From assembly GCA_021324435.1 (NCBI GenBank), contig JAJPIZ010000038.1, positions 126,269-190,268 of the forward strand: a stretch of 64,000 nucleotides of DNA, in the 5' to 3' direction. Of the stretch, positions 35,847 through 44,360 are shown one piece after another. Origin of the DNA: Anaerolineae bacterium (GTDB lineage Bacteria > Chloroflexota > Anaerolineae > Anaerolineales > Villigracilaceae). The translations under genes were made by a program, and so were the position numbers. The notes under the pieces are model-generated. The model was not told the DNA's origin and did no database searches. It saw only the letters and a list, made by a program, of their open reading frames with translations. Every line of letters starts with the position of its first letter. Position 1 is the stretch's first letter.

Positions 35847-37856
35847 CTATGCCTCAACCGGGAGGAGGTTGCGAAACAGCAAGCCGTCAATCTGCGCCAT
35901 GATCTGTTCATCGCTGAAGCCGGTTCCGCTGATCGCGCCCGCGGGACAAGCCGCCACACACGTGCCGCATCCCTGACACAGCGCAGGATTGATATCAGAC
36001 ACCTGGTCATCTTCGATAAAGGCGATGGCGTTGAACGGACACAATCCATTGCAAATGCGACAGCCTGAACATTTATCGTGGTCAATGCTGGCTTTGATCG
36101 GCTCGAGCGCGACTTCCTTCTGCAAAATTTTATCCAGCACGCGCGCCGAGGCAGCCGCGCCCTGCGCCACGCTCGAAGGAATATCCTTTGGTCCCTGAGC
36201 GCAACCGGCAATATAAATTCCTTCCGTCATCGTCGCAACAGGATCGAGCTTCGGGTGCTTTTCGGTGAACCAGCCGTCCGTGGAGCAGGAGATACCGAAC
36301 TGCTTCCCCACTGCCTTGGCGTCATGACGCGGTTGTAATCCGCTGGAGAGGATGACCATATCCACCGGGATGCGCCTCTGCTTGCCGATCAGCGTATCCT
36401 CCACCTGAATGATGAGTTTGCCTTTTTCGTGTTCATAGCGCGCCGCATCCGTGACCTCGGCCACCTTGCCGCGCACAAACAACGTTCCCTCCTCAAGCAC
36501 GCGCTGATAAAACTCATCGTAGGCTTTGTATGCCGTGCGCATGTCAATGTAAAAGTTGTAGACCGTCGCGCCGGTGCGCTCGTGGACGAGATGAGCAAAT
36601 TTCAAACCCTGCATACAACAAATCACCGAACAATAGTTGTTGAAGTTCTTGTCGCGCGAACCGACACAGTGAATAATGCCCACCGACTTCGGCGTGGTTT
36701 TTCCATCGCGCAAGACGATATTGCCGGAGGTTGGCCCTGCCGCATTTGACAATCGTTCAAACTCCAAATTCGTGAACACATTTGGCAATCGTCCGTATCC
36801 GTAATTGCTCACGCGCCGCGCATCGAACAAGTCATAGCCTGTGGCAAGGATGATGTTGCCCACATCCAGGTCCACGTATTGATCCTGTTGATTGAAGTCA
36901 ATCGCTTGGGTCGGGCAGAATTTTTCACAGGCCTTGCATGTGCCTTTGATGAAGTATGTGCAATTTTCCTTATCCAGCACCGGGAATTTTGGCACGGCTT
37001 GTGCGAACGGCGTGTAAATCGCCTTGCGATATCCAAGCCCGGCCTCGAAGACATCGTCAATCACTTTCTTCGGACATTTCTCCTGGCAAATCGCGCAACC
37101 TGTACACAACTCTTCATTGACGAAGCGCGCCTTCTTCTTCACCGTCACATGAAAACTACCGACATAACCCGAAACGTTGACGACCTCACTCCATGTCAAC
37201 AATGTGATGTTGGGATGCGTCCCAGCCTCCACCATGCGCGGCGTGAGAATGCAGGCCGCGCAATCCAGCGTCGGAAAGGTTTTATCGAATTGCGCCATGT
37301 GCCCGCCGATGGATGGCTCGCGTTCAACGAGATACACATGAAAGCCTGCATTCGCGATTTCGAGCGCGGCCTGGATTCCAGCGATGCCGCCGCCGACAAT
37401 TAATGTGTTCGGATTGATCGGGACTTTGATCTCTTCAAGCGCTTTATTCTCGATCACGCGGGACACCGCGCCGGCCACAACGGCCTTGGCCTTCTCCGTG
37501 GCGACGGCTTTATCCGTGTGCACCCACGAAACTTGTTCGCGGATCGAGGCCAACTCCACCAGATATGGATTCAATCCCGCGTTCTTGGCCGCGGTGCGGA
37601 ACGTTTTTTCATGCAAATGCGGTGAGCAGGCCGCGACAACGACGCGCGTCAGGCCGAGTTCCTTGATGTCCTTCTCGATCAACTCCTGCCCGAGGCTCGA
37701 GCACATGAACTTGTATTCGCGCGCCACGACCACGCCCAGATGTTTGAGTTTTTCCTCGGCCCATTTTGCCAGGCTGACCACATCCACCGTGCCGGCAATA
37801 TTTGTGCCACAGTGACAAACATAGACGCCCACGCGTTCAAGTTTCTTTTCACTCAT
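35847..37856 (-). CDS. hdrA: heterodisulfide reductase subunit A-like flavoprotein
   Basis: VYVCHCGTNI, FAD fold VGGGIAGIQAALE, IHCVGSRD, and ferredoxin motifs CTGCAICQEKCP, CSGCRICNGLCP, CQGCGTCVAACP. Confidence 0.9.
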   Translation of the reverse strand: MSEKKLERVGVYVCHCGTNIAGTVDVVSLAKWAEEKLKHLGVVVAREYKFMCSSLGQELIEKDIKELGLTRVVVAACSPHLHEKTFRTAAKNAGLNPYLVELASIREQVSWVHTDKAVATEKAKAVVAGAVSRVIENKALEEIKVPINPNTLIVGGGIAGIQAALEIANAGFHVYLVEREPSIGGHMAQFDKTFPTLDCAACILTPRMVEAGTHPNITLLTWSEVVNVSGYVGSFHVTVKKKARFVNEELCTGCAICQEKCPKKVIDDVFEAGLGYRKAIYTPFAQAVPKFPVLDKENCTYFIKGTCKACEKFCPTQAIDFNQQDQYVDLDVGNIILATGYDLFDARRVSNYGYGRLPNVFTNLEFERLSNAAGPTSGNIVLRDGKTTPKSVGIIHCVGSRDKNFNNYCSVICCMQGLKFAHLVHERTGATVYNFYIDMRTAYKAYDEFYQRVLEEGTLFVRGKVAEVTDAARYEHEKGKLIIQVEDTLIGKQRRIPVDMVILSSGLQPRHDAKAVGKQFGISCSTDGWFTEKHPKLDPVATMTEGIYIAGCAQGPKDIPSSVAQGAAASARVLDKILQKEVALEPIKASIDHDKCSGCRICNGLCPFNAIAFIEDDQVSDINPALCQGCGTCVAACPAGAISGTGFSDEQIMAQIDGLLFRNLLPVEA

Positions 37857-38854
37857 CTCACCGCCTCCTTCTCGTGCTTGTGACCATTCCTCAACAGGCG
37901 GGATGGCATGGGCAGGCCTTCTTCCTTTTTCCTGCGGGCCGTCGGTTCCGGCGCGGCCGGCACTTCCACGCCGATATGCATCAACGCCTGGCGTGAACTG
38001 ACTAACTCCGTGCCTATGCCCAGTTCATCCGGATCCTTGCCAAAGGCAAGCCCCATCAATTGCGTGAAGAACAGGATCGGCATGTGATAATCCGTGCCAA
38101 AGTAACCATTCATCTCGCCCTGATACGCATCGAGGTTCAACTGGCACATCGGGCATACGGTCGCCATGAGATGCGCGCCGCGTTCATCCGCCCCAGCCAC
38201 GAGGCGGCAGATCAACTCGAAAGCGGTTTCCGGCCCAATTTGGGTCATGTGCCCGCCGCAACAGCTGGTTGTGAGCGGATAATCAATCACATCCGCACCC
38301 AGCACGCGCAACAAGTCTTCCAGCTCTGTGGGATGTTCATGATCGGACCAGCGATGTTTGTAGTCAGGCCTCGGCAACATACAACCCATGTATGGCGCGA
38401 CCTTGAGTCCGCTCAAAGGACGAGTGACCTTCTTTTTAATGGCATCCAGCCCAACGTCATAGATAAGAACGTCGAGCAAATGTCGCACATCGAGAGTGCC
38501 CGGTTTATATTCCAATCCGCCTGCAGCGAGCGCCTCATTCACTTTTGTTCCCAACGCAGGACGTTCCTGCATGTAATGATCCGCTTTGGCAAGATTGAGA
38601 TAACAGGCCGAACACGGTGCGACCAGCGTATGCGCGCCGTCCATTTGTTTCACCGCCAATGCAAGGTTGCGCGCAATTAATGAATATGCCGGGATGAGAT
38701 TGATGCCCAGGTATTCCGTCGCGCCGCAACAATTCCAGTCCTCGATTTCCTCAAGCTGGATATCCAGCGGCTCAAGGATCGCGTTCAGAGATTCCGCGTA
38801 GGCCTTGGCGCTGGATTCCAATGAACAACCGGGATACAAAAGATATTTGTTCAT
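37853..38854 (-). CDS. hdrB: heterodisulfide reductase subunit B-like (two CCG domains)
   Basis: YPGCSL...WNCCGATEY and YMGCML...TSCCGGHM...CPMCQLNLD. Confidence 0.88.
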   Translation of the reverse strand: MNKYLLYPGCSLESSAKAYAESLNAILEPLDIQLEEIEDWNCCGATEYLGINLIPAYSLIARNLALAVKQMDGAHTLVAPCSACYLNLAKADHYMQERPALGTKVNEALAAGGLEYKPGTLDVRHLLDVLIYDVGLDAIKKKVTRPLSGLKVAPYMGCMLPRPDYKHRWSDHEHPTELEDLLRVLGADVIDYPLTTSCCGGHMTQIGPETAFELICRLVAGADERGAHLMATVCPMCQLNLDAYQGEMNGYFGTDYHMPILFFTQLMGLAFGKDPDELGIGTELVSSRQALMHIGVEVPAAPEPTARRKKEEGLPMPSRLLRNGHKHEKEAVR

Positions 38855-39447
38855 GATGTCAGCTCCAAGTGTTTGGCGCGCTTGAGAATCGCCTTCAATT
38901 GGGTCATGTGCTTGATTTTGCGCGGCGCGAGCGGCATACGACCTTTGGTGATCATGCCGAAGCCCATGGGCGCCATCCCCGGCAGGCGCAGGGGAAAATA
39001 GCGCAGGTAATGCCGCGAAGCCAGGCCAAGCTCAAAGCCGCGGCCAAATGTTTCGACCATGCCCACAAAGGTTTGAGAGAAATGTGGAGCAGTGGAATCT
39101 TGATACAACTTGGCCCGGATCGCCATGCTTTTAAGCGTGTACATCACATCCGCGATGTGCACCTCCTGTGGACAGCGCACCACACAGTGATAACAGGAGA
39201 CGCAGATCCACGGTGTGTTACTTCGCAGGACTTCTTCGCGCATACCCGCCCTTAGCATGGCGAACAACATGCGCGGCGTATGATCCATATCTGCCGCCGC
39301 CGGGCATGAACCGCCGCACGTTCCGCACTGGATACACATCTCCAAACGCGAAACGCCGGCAGTTTTCATGCTTACTTCATGCAAGAGAGAAAGGTCTTCT
39401 TCGCGCATCAACCCCGCTCGAACTCGTTCATCCGTCATTTGGGGCAT
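38851..39447 (-). CDS. hdrC: heterodisulfide reductase subunit C-like (2x[4Fe-4S])
   Basis: CIQCGTCGGSCP and CVSCYHCVVRCP. ATGA overlap with hdrB. Confidence 0.85.
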   Translation of the reverse strand: MPQMTDERVRAGLMREEDLSLLHEVSMKTAGVSRLEMCIQCGTCGGSCPAAADMDHTPRMLFAMLRAGMREEVLRSNTPWICVSCYHCVVRCPQEVHIADVMYTLKSMAIRAKLYQDSTAPHFSQTFVGMVETFGRGFELGLASRHYLRYFPLRLPGMAPMGFGMITKGRMPLAPRKIKHMTQLKAILKRAKHLELTS

Positions 39448-39620
39448 AATCCCTCCGATATTAATTTGATCCGCACTGCCAACCGTTTAGGGGAAAGCGA
39501 GTAAACTCGCGCTCTTTTCGCCGTAAGGTTGGAATACTCCCATATTCATTATTGTGATTTTATTCACAACTTATAGTGGCGAACATCATCATACAAACCT
39601 GACAAATATCCCCTTCTAAC

Positions 39621-39830
39621 TTGCATGATACAATGGCGGCCTATGACCTTTGCCTCTCGCTGGACCTCGTCGTCCAGCGTCAACCGGACAAGCCTGCTCT
39701 CATTTTTCACTCCTCCCTCTCTGCCAGTTGGACAACAATCAATTATCAACAACTCCTCGACAAATCCAACCGCTTCGCTCGTAGACTGGAAGCGATTCGC
39801 GTTAAACCGGGCGCTCGCGCCACTGTGGCA
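39621..39830 (+). pseudogene. 5' remnant of an AMP-dependent synthetase/ligase (acyl-CoA-synthetase-like) gene
   Basis: QPDKPALIFHSS...WTTINYQQLLDKSNRFARRLEAIRVKPGAR matches only the N-terminal about 70 aa of adenylate-forming enzymes. The rest of ORF 39621..39971 is non-homologous and overlaps the opposite-strand gene. Confidence 0.5.
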
Positions 39831-39895
39831 TTTCCTCTGGTGATCGGCTTCTTCTTATCGGTTTTTTTTCAGAACAAAATCCGCCCCGCGATCTT

Positions 39896-41275
39896 TCATG
39901 GACGAACGGGTTCCACCCACAATCCGATGCACGATCTGGAAACTGTGTCAAAGACGGCTTCCAATGGATAAACTTCTTCGCGGTTGAAAAACGGATTATA
40001 GAGACGCACCCAGCCGCTGTTTCCCACCGGGATGAGGTCTTCGAGCACAACCCAATGGCGGACTCTGCTTGTCCATTTGATGACGCCATCTACCGCGGAT
40101 AACCCCGTTCCGACAATCGCAACCCTTCCTTTATCCAGCATCTTTCGCAAGTAGCCCGGCGTGAGAGGCACTGTACCGGCCTCGGCTCGGAAGAACTCAT
40201 ACTTCTTCTTTATAACATCCAGCATCGCTTCAAGGTCCAGAATGGTTGTGCCCGAATCTTTTTCCAGAATTCCCCTTGCTCTGGGAGAGGACGGAAGCCA
40301 TTGCTTCAGGAACGGAATGACATCGCTCGCGCCTAAAGCGGCAACGCAGAACTGACCACAAAGATTGTGGTTGATTTGCGCCCAGCCAATCGCGCCCTTT
40401 ATGTCAATATATTGAAAACCGCGCCGCCCTGCCTTGCGAGCATCTTCAATTTCTGAATCTGCGGGCAGACGCAACAGCGGATGTTGTAAATCGAAAACTT
40501 TGTCCTTGTTTGCGGGAATTGACAGATCGTTATCCGGCGTTGGAGTTACAAACTCTTCCAGCAGGCTGGCTTTATACCAGCCTTTAAATTCCCGGTCGAG
40601 TTTTGTAAATTTCACTTCATACCAGGTTTTATATCTTGTTTCCTGATCGTTGAAGCAGACGTGACCTGTCCAACGCACGACATCTTTGGGAACAACCCAG
40701 GCCGGAGCCGCAGAACTTTGAGATGGCTTGGCAAATATCCTCTCGGGGCGGAAGCTCCACATATCCCGCCCGCCTGCAAGAATGACCAGCCACTCATCTA
40801 TTGTTGCAGTGGTCTCTCGCTTCTGTGATTTGATTTCTGTCACCCAACTATCCCATTCAGAACGTCGAAGTGAGACCGCTTGCCGGATAAGGTCTCCAGC
40901 AGATGGTTTTTGACCGGCTCGAATTGCTTCCAGATAACCGGGAGGCAACCACGGAGGCTCTTCTCCGGAATTCAACCATGATGAAAAAGTCGAAAATGAA
41001 AGGGATGCAGGAACAGAAGGAATGGCAACGTTATCAAAATCAACTTTCGGAAAAACTTCTTCGACTGGTTCATAATAAATCACTGCAGATTTCAGGAGGT
41101 ATCCAAAAATTGGCGGTTGCCATCTGGTGGCCTGCACTTCTACCATCCTATCCCCCGCCTCCTGCAAAATTTGAACATGATCTTGCGGATTAAGCATTTC
41201 CAAAACTCGTGATTTGAGGTCCGGTTGACTCCGCAAATTGACCGATGAGCATGTTACGCCGTAACGAGTGTCCAT
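39896..41275 (-). CDS. SH3b-like repeats plus C-terminal papain-fold (C39-like) cysteine peptidase domain
   Basis: SSVNLRSQPDLKSRVLEMLNPQDHVQIL (SH3b-like). Candidate catalytic Cys in HNLCGQFCVAALG and His in RHWVVLED. AAGGAG lies 12 nt upstream of ATG 41275. No signal peptide. Confidence 0.55.
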   Translation of the reverse strand: MDTRYGVTCSSVNLRSQPDLKSRVLEMLNPQDHVQILQEAGDRMVEVQATRWQPPIFGYLLKSAVIYYEPVEEVFPKVDFDNVAIPSVPASLSFSTFSSWLNSGEEPPWLPPGYLEAIRAGQKPSAGDLIRQAVSLRRSEWDSWVTEIKSQKRETTATIDEWLVILAGGRDMWSFRPERIFAKPSQSSAAPAWVVPKDVVRWTGHVCFNDQETRYKTWYEVKFTKLDREFKGWYKASLLEEFVTPTPDNDLSIPANKDKVFDLQHPLLRLPADSEIEDARKAGRRGFQYIDIKGAIGWAQINHNLCGQFCVAALGASDVIPFLKQWLPSSPRARGILEKDSGTTILDLEAMLDVIKKKYEFFRAEAGTVPLTPGYLRKMLDKGRVAIVGTGLSAVDGVIKWTSRVRHWVVLEDLIPVGNSGWVRLYNPFFNREEVYPLEAVFDTVSRSCIGLWVEPVRP

Positions 41276-41368
41276 AAGTCGCACCAACTCCTTGAAAATT
41301 ATAAACAGGCTTATCTTCCAGGCCTATGGTCAAAAATATCTCAATGGCAATGGGCACTTTTGAGAAAT

Positions 41369-41749
41369 AAAAAGGCACGCTTTAGTCAGCATGTTTTTCA
41401 TGACGGGGAGGGTGGGACTTGAACATCATCCCTCAATGGGGGCCCGCGACCGAAAACAAAAACACGCCCAATCAGCGTGTTTTTTTCTGGCGGGGGAGCG
41501 GGTTTCGAATATCATCCCCTCAATGGGGGGCCGCGACCGAAAACAAAAACACGCCCAATCAGCGTGTTTTTTTCTGGCGGGGAGGGCGGGATTCGAATAT
41601 CATCCCCTCAATGGGGGGCCCGCGACCGAAAACAAAAACACGCCCAATCAGCGTGTTTTTTCTGGCGGGGAGGGCGGGTTTCGAATATCATCCCCTCAAT
41701 GGGGGCCCGCGACCGAAAACAAAAACACGCCCAATCAGCGTGTTTTTTC
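41369..41749 (-). repeat. tandem array (period 87-89 bp; 4 units, the distal one degenerate) of terminator hairpin plus interrupted copy of the tRNA-Ser(GCU) 3' end
   Basis: Hairpins AAAAACACGC-ccaatca-GCGTGTTTTT start at 41369 (degenerate), 41458, 41545, 41634 and 41721. Pseudo-3'-ends TGGCGGGGAGGGCGGGATTCGAA[tatcatcccctcaatgggggg]CCCGCGACCGA start at 41401, 41488, 41575 and 41663. Confidence 0.9.
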
Positions 41750-41841
41750 TGGCGGGGAGGGCGGGATTCGAACCCGCGACCGAGTTTAACCCCGGCACTC
41801 ACTTAGCAGGCGAGCCCATTCAGCCACTCTGGCACCTCCCC
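41750..41841 (-). tRNA. tRNA-Ser (anticodon GCU), 92 nt with encoded CCA
   Basis: Hand fold: acceptor GGGGAGG/CCTCCCC, anticodon stem CTCGC/GTGAG with loop CTGCTAA, long variable arm, T arm GCGGG-TTCGAAT-CCCGC, then G-CCA. Confidence 0.9.
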
Positions 41842-41873
41842 AAGTGCACATATTTTACTCGATGGATGCGGAG

Positions 41874-41958
41874 CGGAGGGAGTGGGATTCGAACCCACGT
41901 TGGTGTGACCCAAACATGTTTTCAAGACATGCGCCTTCAGCCGCTCGGCCATCCCTCC
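41874..41958 (-). tRNA. tRNA-Ser (anticodon UGA), 85 nt, CCA not encoded
   Basis: Hand fold: acceptor GGAGGGA/TCCCTCC, anticodon stem CATGT/ACATG with loop CTTGAAA, long variable arm, T arm GTGGG-TTCGAAT-CCCAC. Confidence 0.9.
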
Positions 41959-42079
41959 AGTCGGAGCGCAGGGGATTTTACCATAAAGAAAACGGGAACT
42001 GGAATTTGCGAATCGGAACTTGGCATGTCCTTTCCAATTCCCGAATATCGCCTCTCGAATATCGAATCCTGACCACTCT

Positions 42080-42088
42080 TGGTATAAT
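42080..42088 (+). promoter_or_regulatory. extended -10 promoter TGGTATAAT, 9 nt upstream of the miaB ATG
   Basis: ctTGGTATAATtcgcttcctATG. No SD sequence. Implies a very short or absent leader. Confidence 0.35.
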
Positions 42089-42097
42089 TCGCTTCCT

Positions 42098-43435
42098 ATG
42101 AAATATCACATCTGGACTGAAGGCTGTCAGATGAACGTGGCCGACTCGCAACGCGTCGGCTCGTCGCTGGAACACCTTGGATACTCCTTTACCGATGCAC
42201 CCGAGGAAGCGGATGTCATTGTTTTAAACACGTGCGTCGTGCGTCAGTCCGCCGAAGACAAGGCCTATGGGCGCTTAAGTTCGTTGCGCCCGTTGAAAGA
42301 AAAGAATCCCAATCTCATCATCAACCTGATGGGTTGCATGGTCGGCGTGCGCGGCGCGGAAAAACTGAAACAAAAACTTCCCTACGTAGATGTCTTCTCG
42401 CCGCCTTCCGATCCCGGCCCGCTGATCTCGCATCTCACGCAAGGCGAAATCCATTCGATGGAAAATGCGGAAACGACCCGCCGCTTCTTAATGATGGACG
42501 AAGAATTGATCCTGCCGCAGGCCGAGCAGGGCAAACTTGTCAGCGCGCATGTGCCCATCGTCTATGGTTGCTCGCACGCTTGCACTTTTTGCATCATACC
42601 TTACAAGCGCGGGGTGGAGCGCAGTCGCCCGGTTGGCGACATTGTCAGCGAAGTCCGTTCGCTTGCCAAACAGGGCGTCAAGGAAATCACGCTCCTTGGC
42701 CAGATCGTGGATCGTTACGGAAAAGATATTCCGGATGGCCCCAACCTCGCCGGTCTTCTGCGCGTCATTCACGAAGTCGAGGGCATTGAGCGCATCCGCT
42801 TCCTGACCTCGCATCCCAACTATTTCAGCGATGATTTGATCGAAGCCATCGCGGAATTGCCGCACGTCATGCCGCACATCGAACTTCCGATCCAAGCGGG
42901 CGACGATGAAGTTTTATCCAATATGAAGCGCGGGTATACACAACAGGATTACCGCGACCTTGTTTCAAAAATCCGTGAGAAAATACCAGACTGTTCCATC
43001 GCCACGGACATCATCGTCGGCTTTCCCGGCGAGACCGAGGACCAGTTCATGCAAACCTACCGCGTCTTGTCGGACCTCCGGCTGGATGTCGCTCATTTGG
43101 CCCGCTACTCCCCTCGAGAAGGGACCGTCGCCACGCGCCGCATGGATGATAACGTGACCGACGAAGAGAAAATGCGCCGCTTCCGCATGCTGGAAGAATT
43201 GCAGGAACAAATCGTGGACGAGATCAATAAAAAATATCTTGGCCAAACAGTTGAAGTGTTGTTCGAGGAAAAGACCAAAGGGCGCTGGCGCGGAAGAACA
43301 CCGACTAACAAACTGGTCTTCGTTGAATCGGATGACGATTTGCGAGGCCAATTGCTCAACGTCAGCGTCACATGGACCGGGCCGTGGTCCATGCAGGCTA
43401 CACTGACAAAACAGCCTGCGCTGATTTCCATCTAA
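42098..43435 (+). CDS. miaB: tRNA-i6A37 methylthiotransferase
   Basis: MKYHIWTEGCQMN (UPF0004 domain), radical-SAM CSHACTFC, and a C-terminal TRAM domain. Confidence 0.9.
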   Translation: MKYHIWTEGCQMNVADSQRVGSSLEHLGYSFTDAPEEADVIVLNTCVVRQSAEDKAYGRLSSLRPLKEKNPNLIINLMGCMVGVRGAEKLKQKLPYVDVFSPPSDPGPLISHLTQGEIHSMENAETTRRFLMMDEELILPQAEQGKLVSAHVPIVYGCSHACTFCIIPYKRGVERSRPVGDIVSEVRSLAKQGVKEITLLGQIVDRYGKDIPDGPNLAGLLRVIHEVEGIERIRFLTSHPNYFSDDLIEAIAELPHVMPHIELPIQAGDDEVLSNMKRGYTQQDYRDLVSKIREKIPDCSIATDIIVGFPGETEDQFMQTYRVLSDLRLDVAHLARYSPREGTVATRRMDDNVTDEEKMRRFRMLEELQEQIVDEINKKYLGQTVEVLFEEKTKGRWRGRTPTNKLVFVESDDDLRGQLLNVSVTWTGPWSMQATLTKQPALISI

Positions 43436-43474
43436 AATCAACTTCCCGTAATCACTGCGGGAAGTTGATTTTTA
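43435..43474. terminator. bidirectional terminator between miaB and plsC
   Basis: AAATCAACTTCCCG-taatcact-GCGGGAAGTTGATTTTT. Confidence 0.7.
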
Positions 43475-44212
43475 TACAGCCGGCAAGCGCGCGCCGGATG
43501 GCGCAAATCGCACGCGCTGTTCGCTCTCTTCCGCCAATTCATGGATCTTTTCCATCATGGCGGCAGTCACAGATCGGACCAGGTTCTGGTCTTCGATGTC
43601 GCCGGTGAATGTGACCGGTTCGCCAACGGTCATGCCATACGGCCCGCGCAAATACCAGTATGCCGCAGTCCGCTTGCCGCTTAGTTTTGATTCGATGAAC
43701 AGACTTCGCTCGCGCGGCAGATAAATTCCGATGGGGACGACGGGCGCGCCGGTCATCAGCGCCAGCCGCGCTGCGCCGGTGCGCGGCGGATGGTAGCCTC
43801 CGCTTCGAGGGCTGACCAGCCCCTCGGGGAAGATGCCGACCGAATGTCCATGATAGAGGCGGTAGAGGGCTTGATCCAACGCGCGGCCTTGATTTTGTCC
43901 CTTGACAACCGAGATCTGTTCGCAATGCTGCAGGAAACGTCCAAACAGCGGCACGTCAAACGCGTTGCCGCTGATCAGAACGCTGAGATGTTTGGATGAA
44001 AGCAGGTGAAGAAGAAAGGGATCGCTGGCGCTGGGGTGGTTGGCAATGAAGAGTTTCGGTCCCGCGGGAAGCGGAGCAACATGCCAGCGGATGTCAAGTT
44101 TGAGCATGAGGCGGGCATACAAACGGATGAGTCGGACTGTAAAATTATAGAGCCGATGGGAAGACATGATTTCCTCTCTGAGTTTCACGGAAGATAACAC
44201 AGAATCTTCCAC
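43472..44212 (-). CDS. plsC: 1-acyl-sn-glycerol-3-phosphate acyltransferase family
   Basis: HxxxxD box ANHPSASDP and the FPEG motif. The start may instead be Met16 (44167). Confidence 0.8.
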   Translation of the reverse strand: MEDSVLSSVKLREEIMSSHRLYNFTVRLIRLYARLMLKLDIRWHVAPLPAGPKLFIANHPSASDPFLLHLLSSKHLSVLISGNAFDVPLFGRFLQHCEQISVVKGQNQGRALDQALYRLYHGHSVGIFPEGLVSPRSGGYHPPRTGAARLALMTGAPVVPIGIYLPRERSLFIESKLSGKRTAAYWYLRGPYGMTVGEPVTFTGDIEDQNLVRSVTAAMMEKIHELAEESEQRVRFAPSGARLPAV

Positions 44213-44360
44213 CTAGATATTCCAATTTAAGGCCATATCTTGAAAATAAGCCGATTTTCGGCGAATCAGTCAAACCATCGAGCGATCGTAGCCAAGTCGT
44301 ACGCTTTCAGAGAGGTTATAATGTCGGCGCATCCTAAGCAACAAGGCAGATCAAACCATT

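Noticed and set aside
41369-41749. Possible CRISPR array.
   Set aside because: The whole 87-89-bp unit repeats. There are no unique spacers, no cas genes, and the unit is homologous to the adjacent tRNA and its terminator.
41391-42072. ORFs 41391..41789, 41419..42072, 41477..41806 and 41608..41802 with internally repeated peptides.
   Set aside because: They are translations of the 87-89-bp tandem repeat and of two tRNA-Ser genes. The repeated peptide is a by-product of the DNA repeat in all frames.
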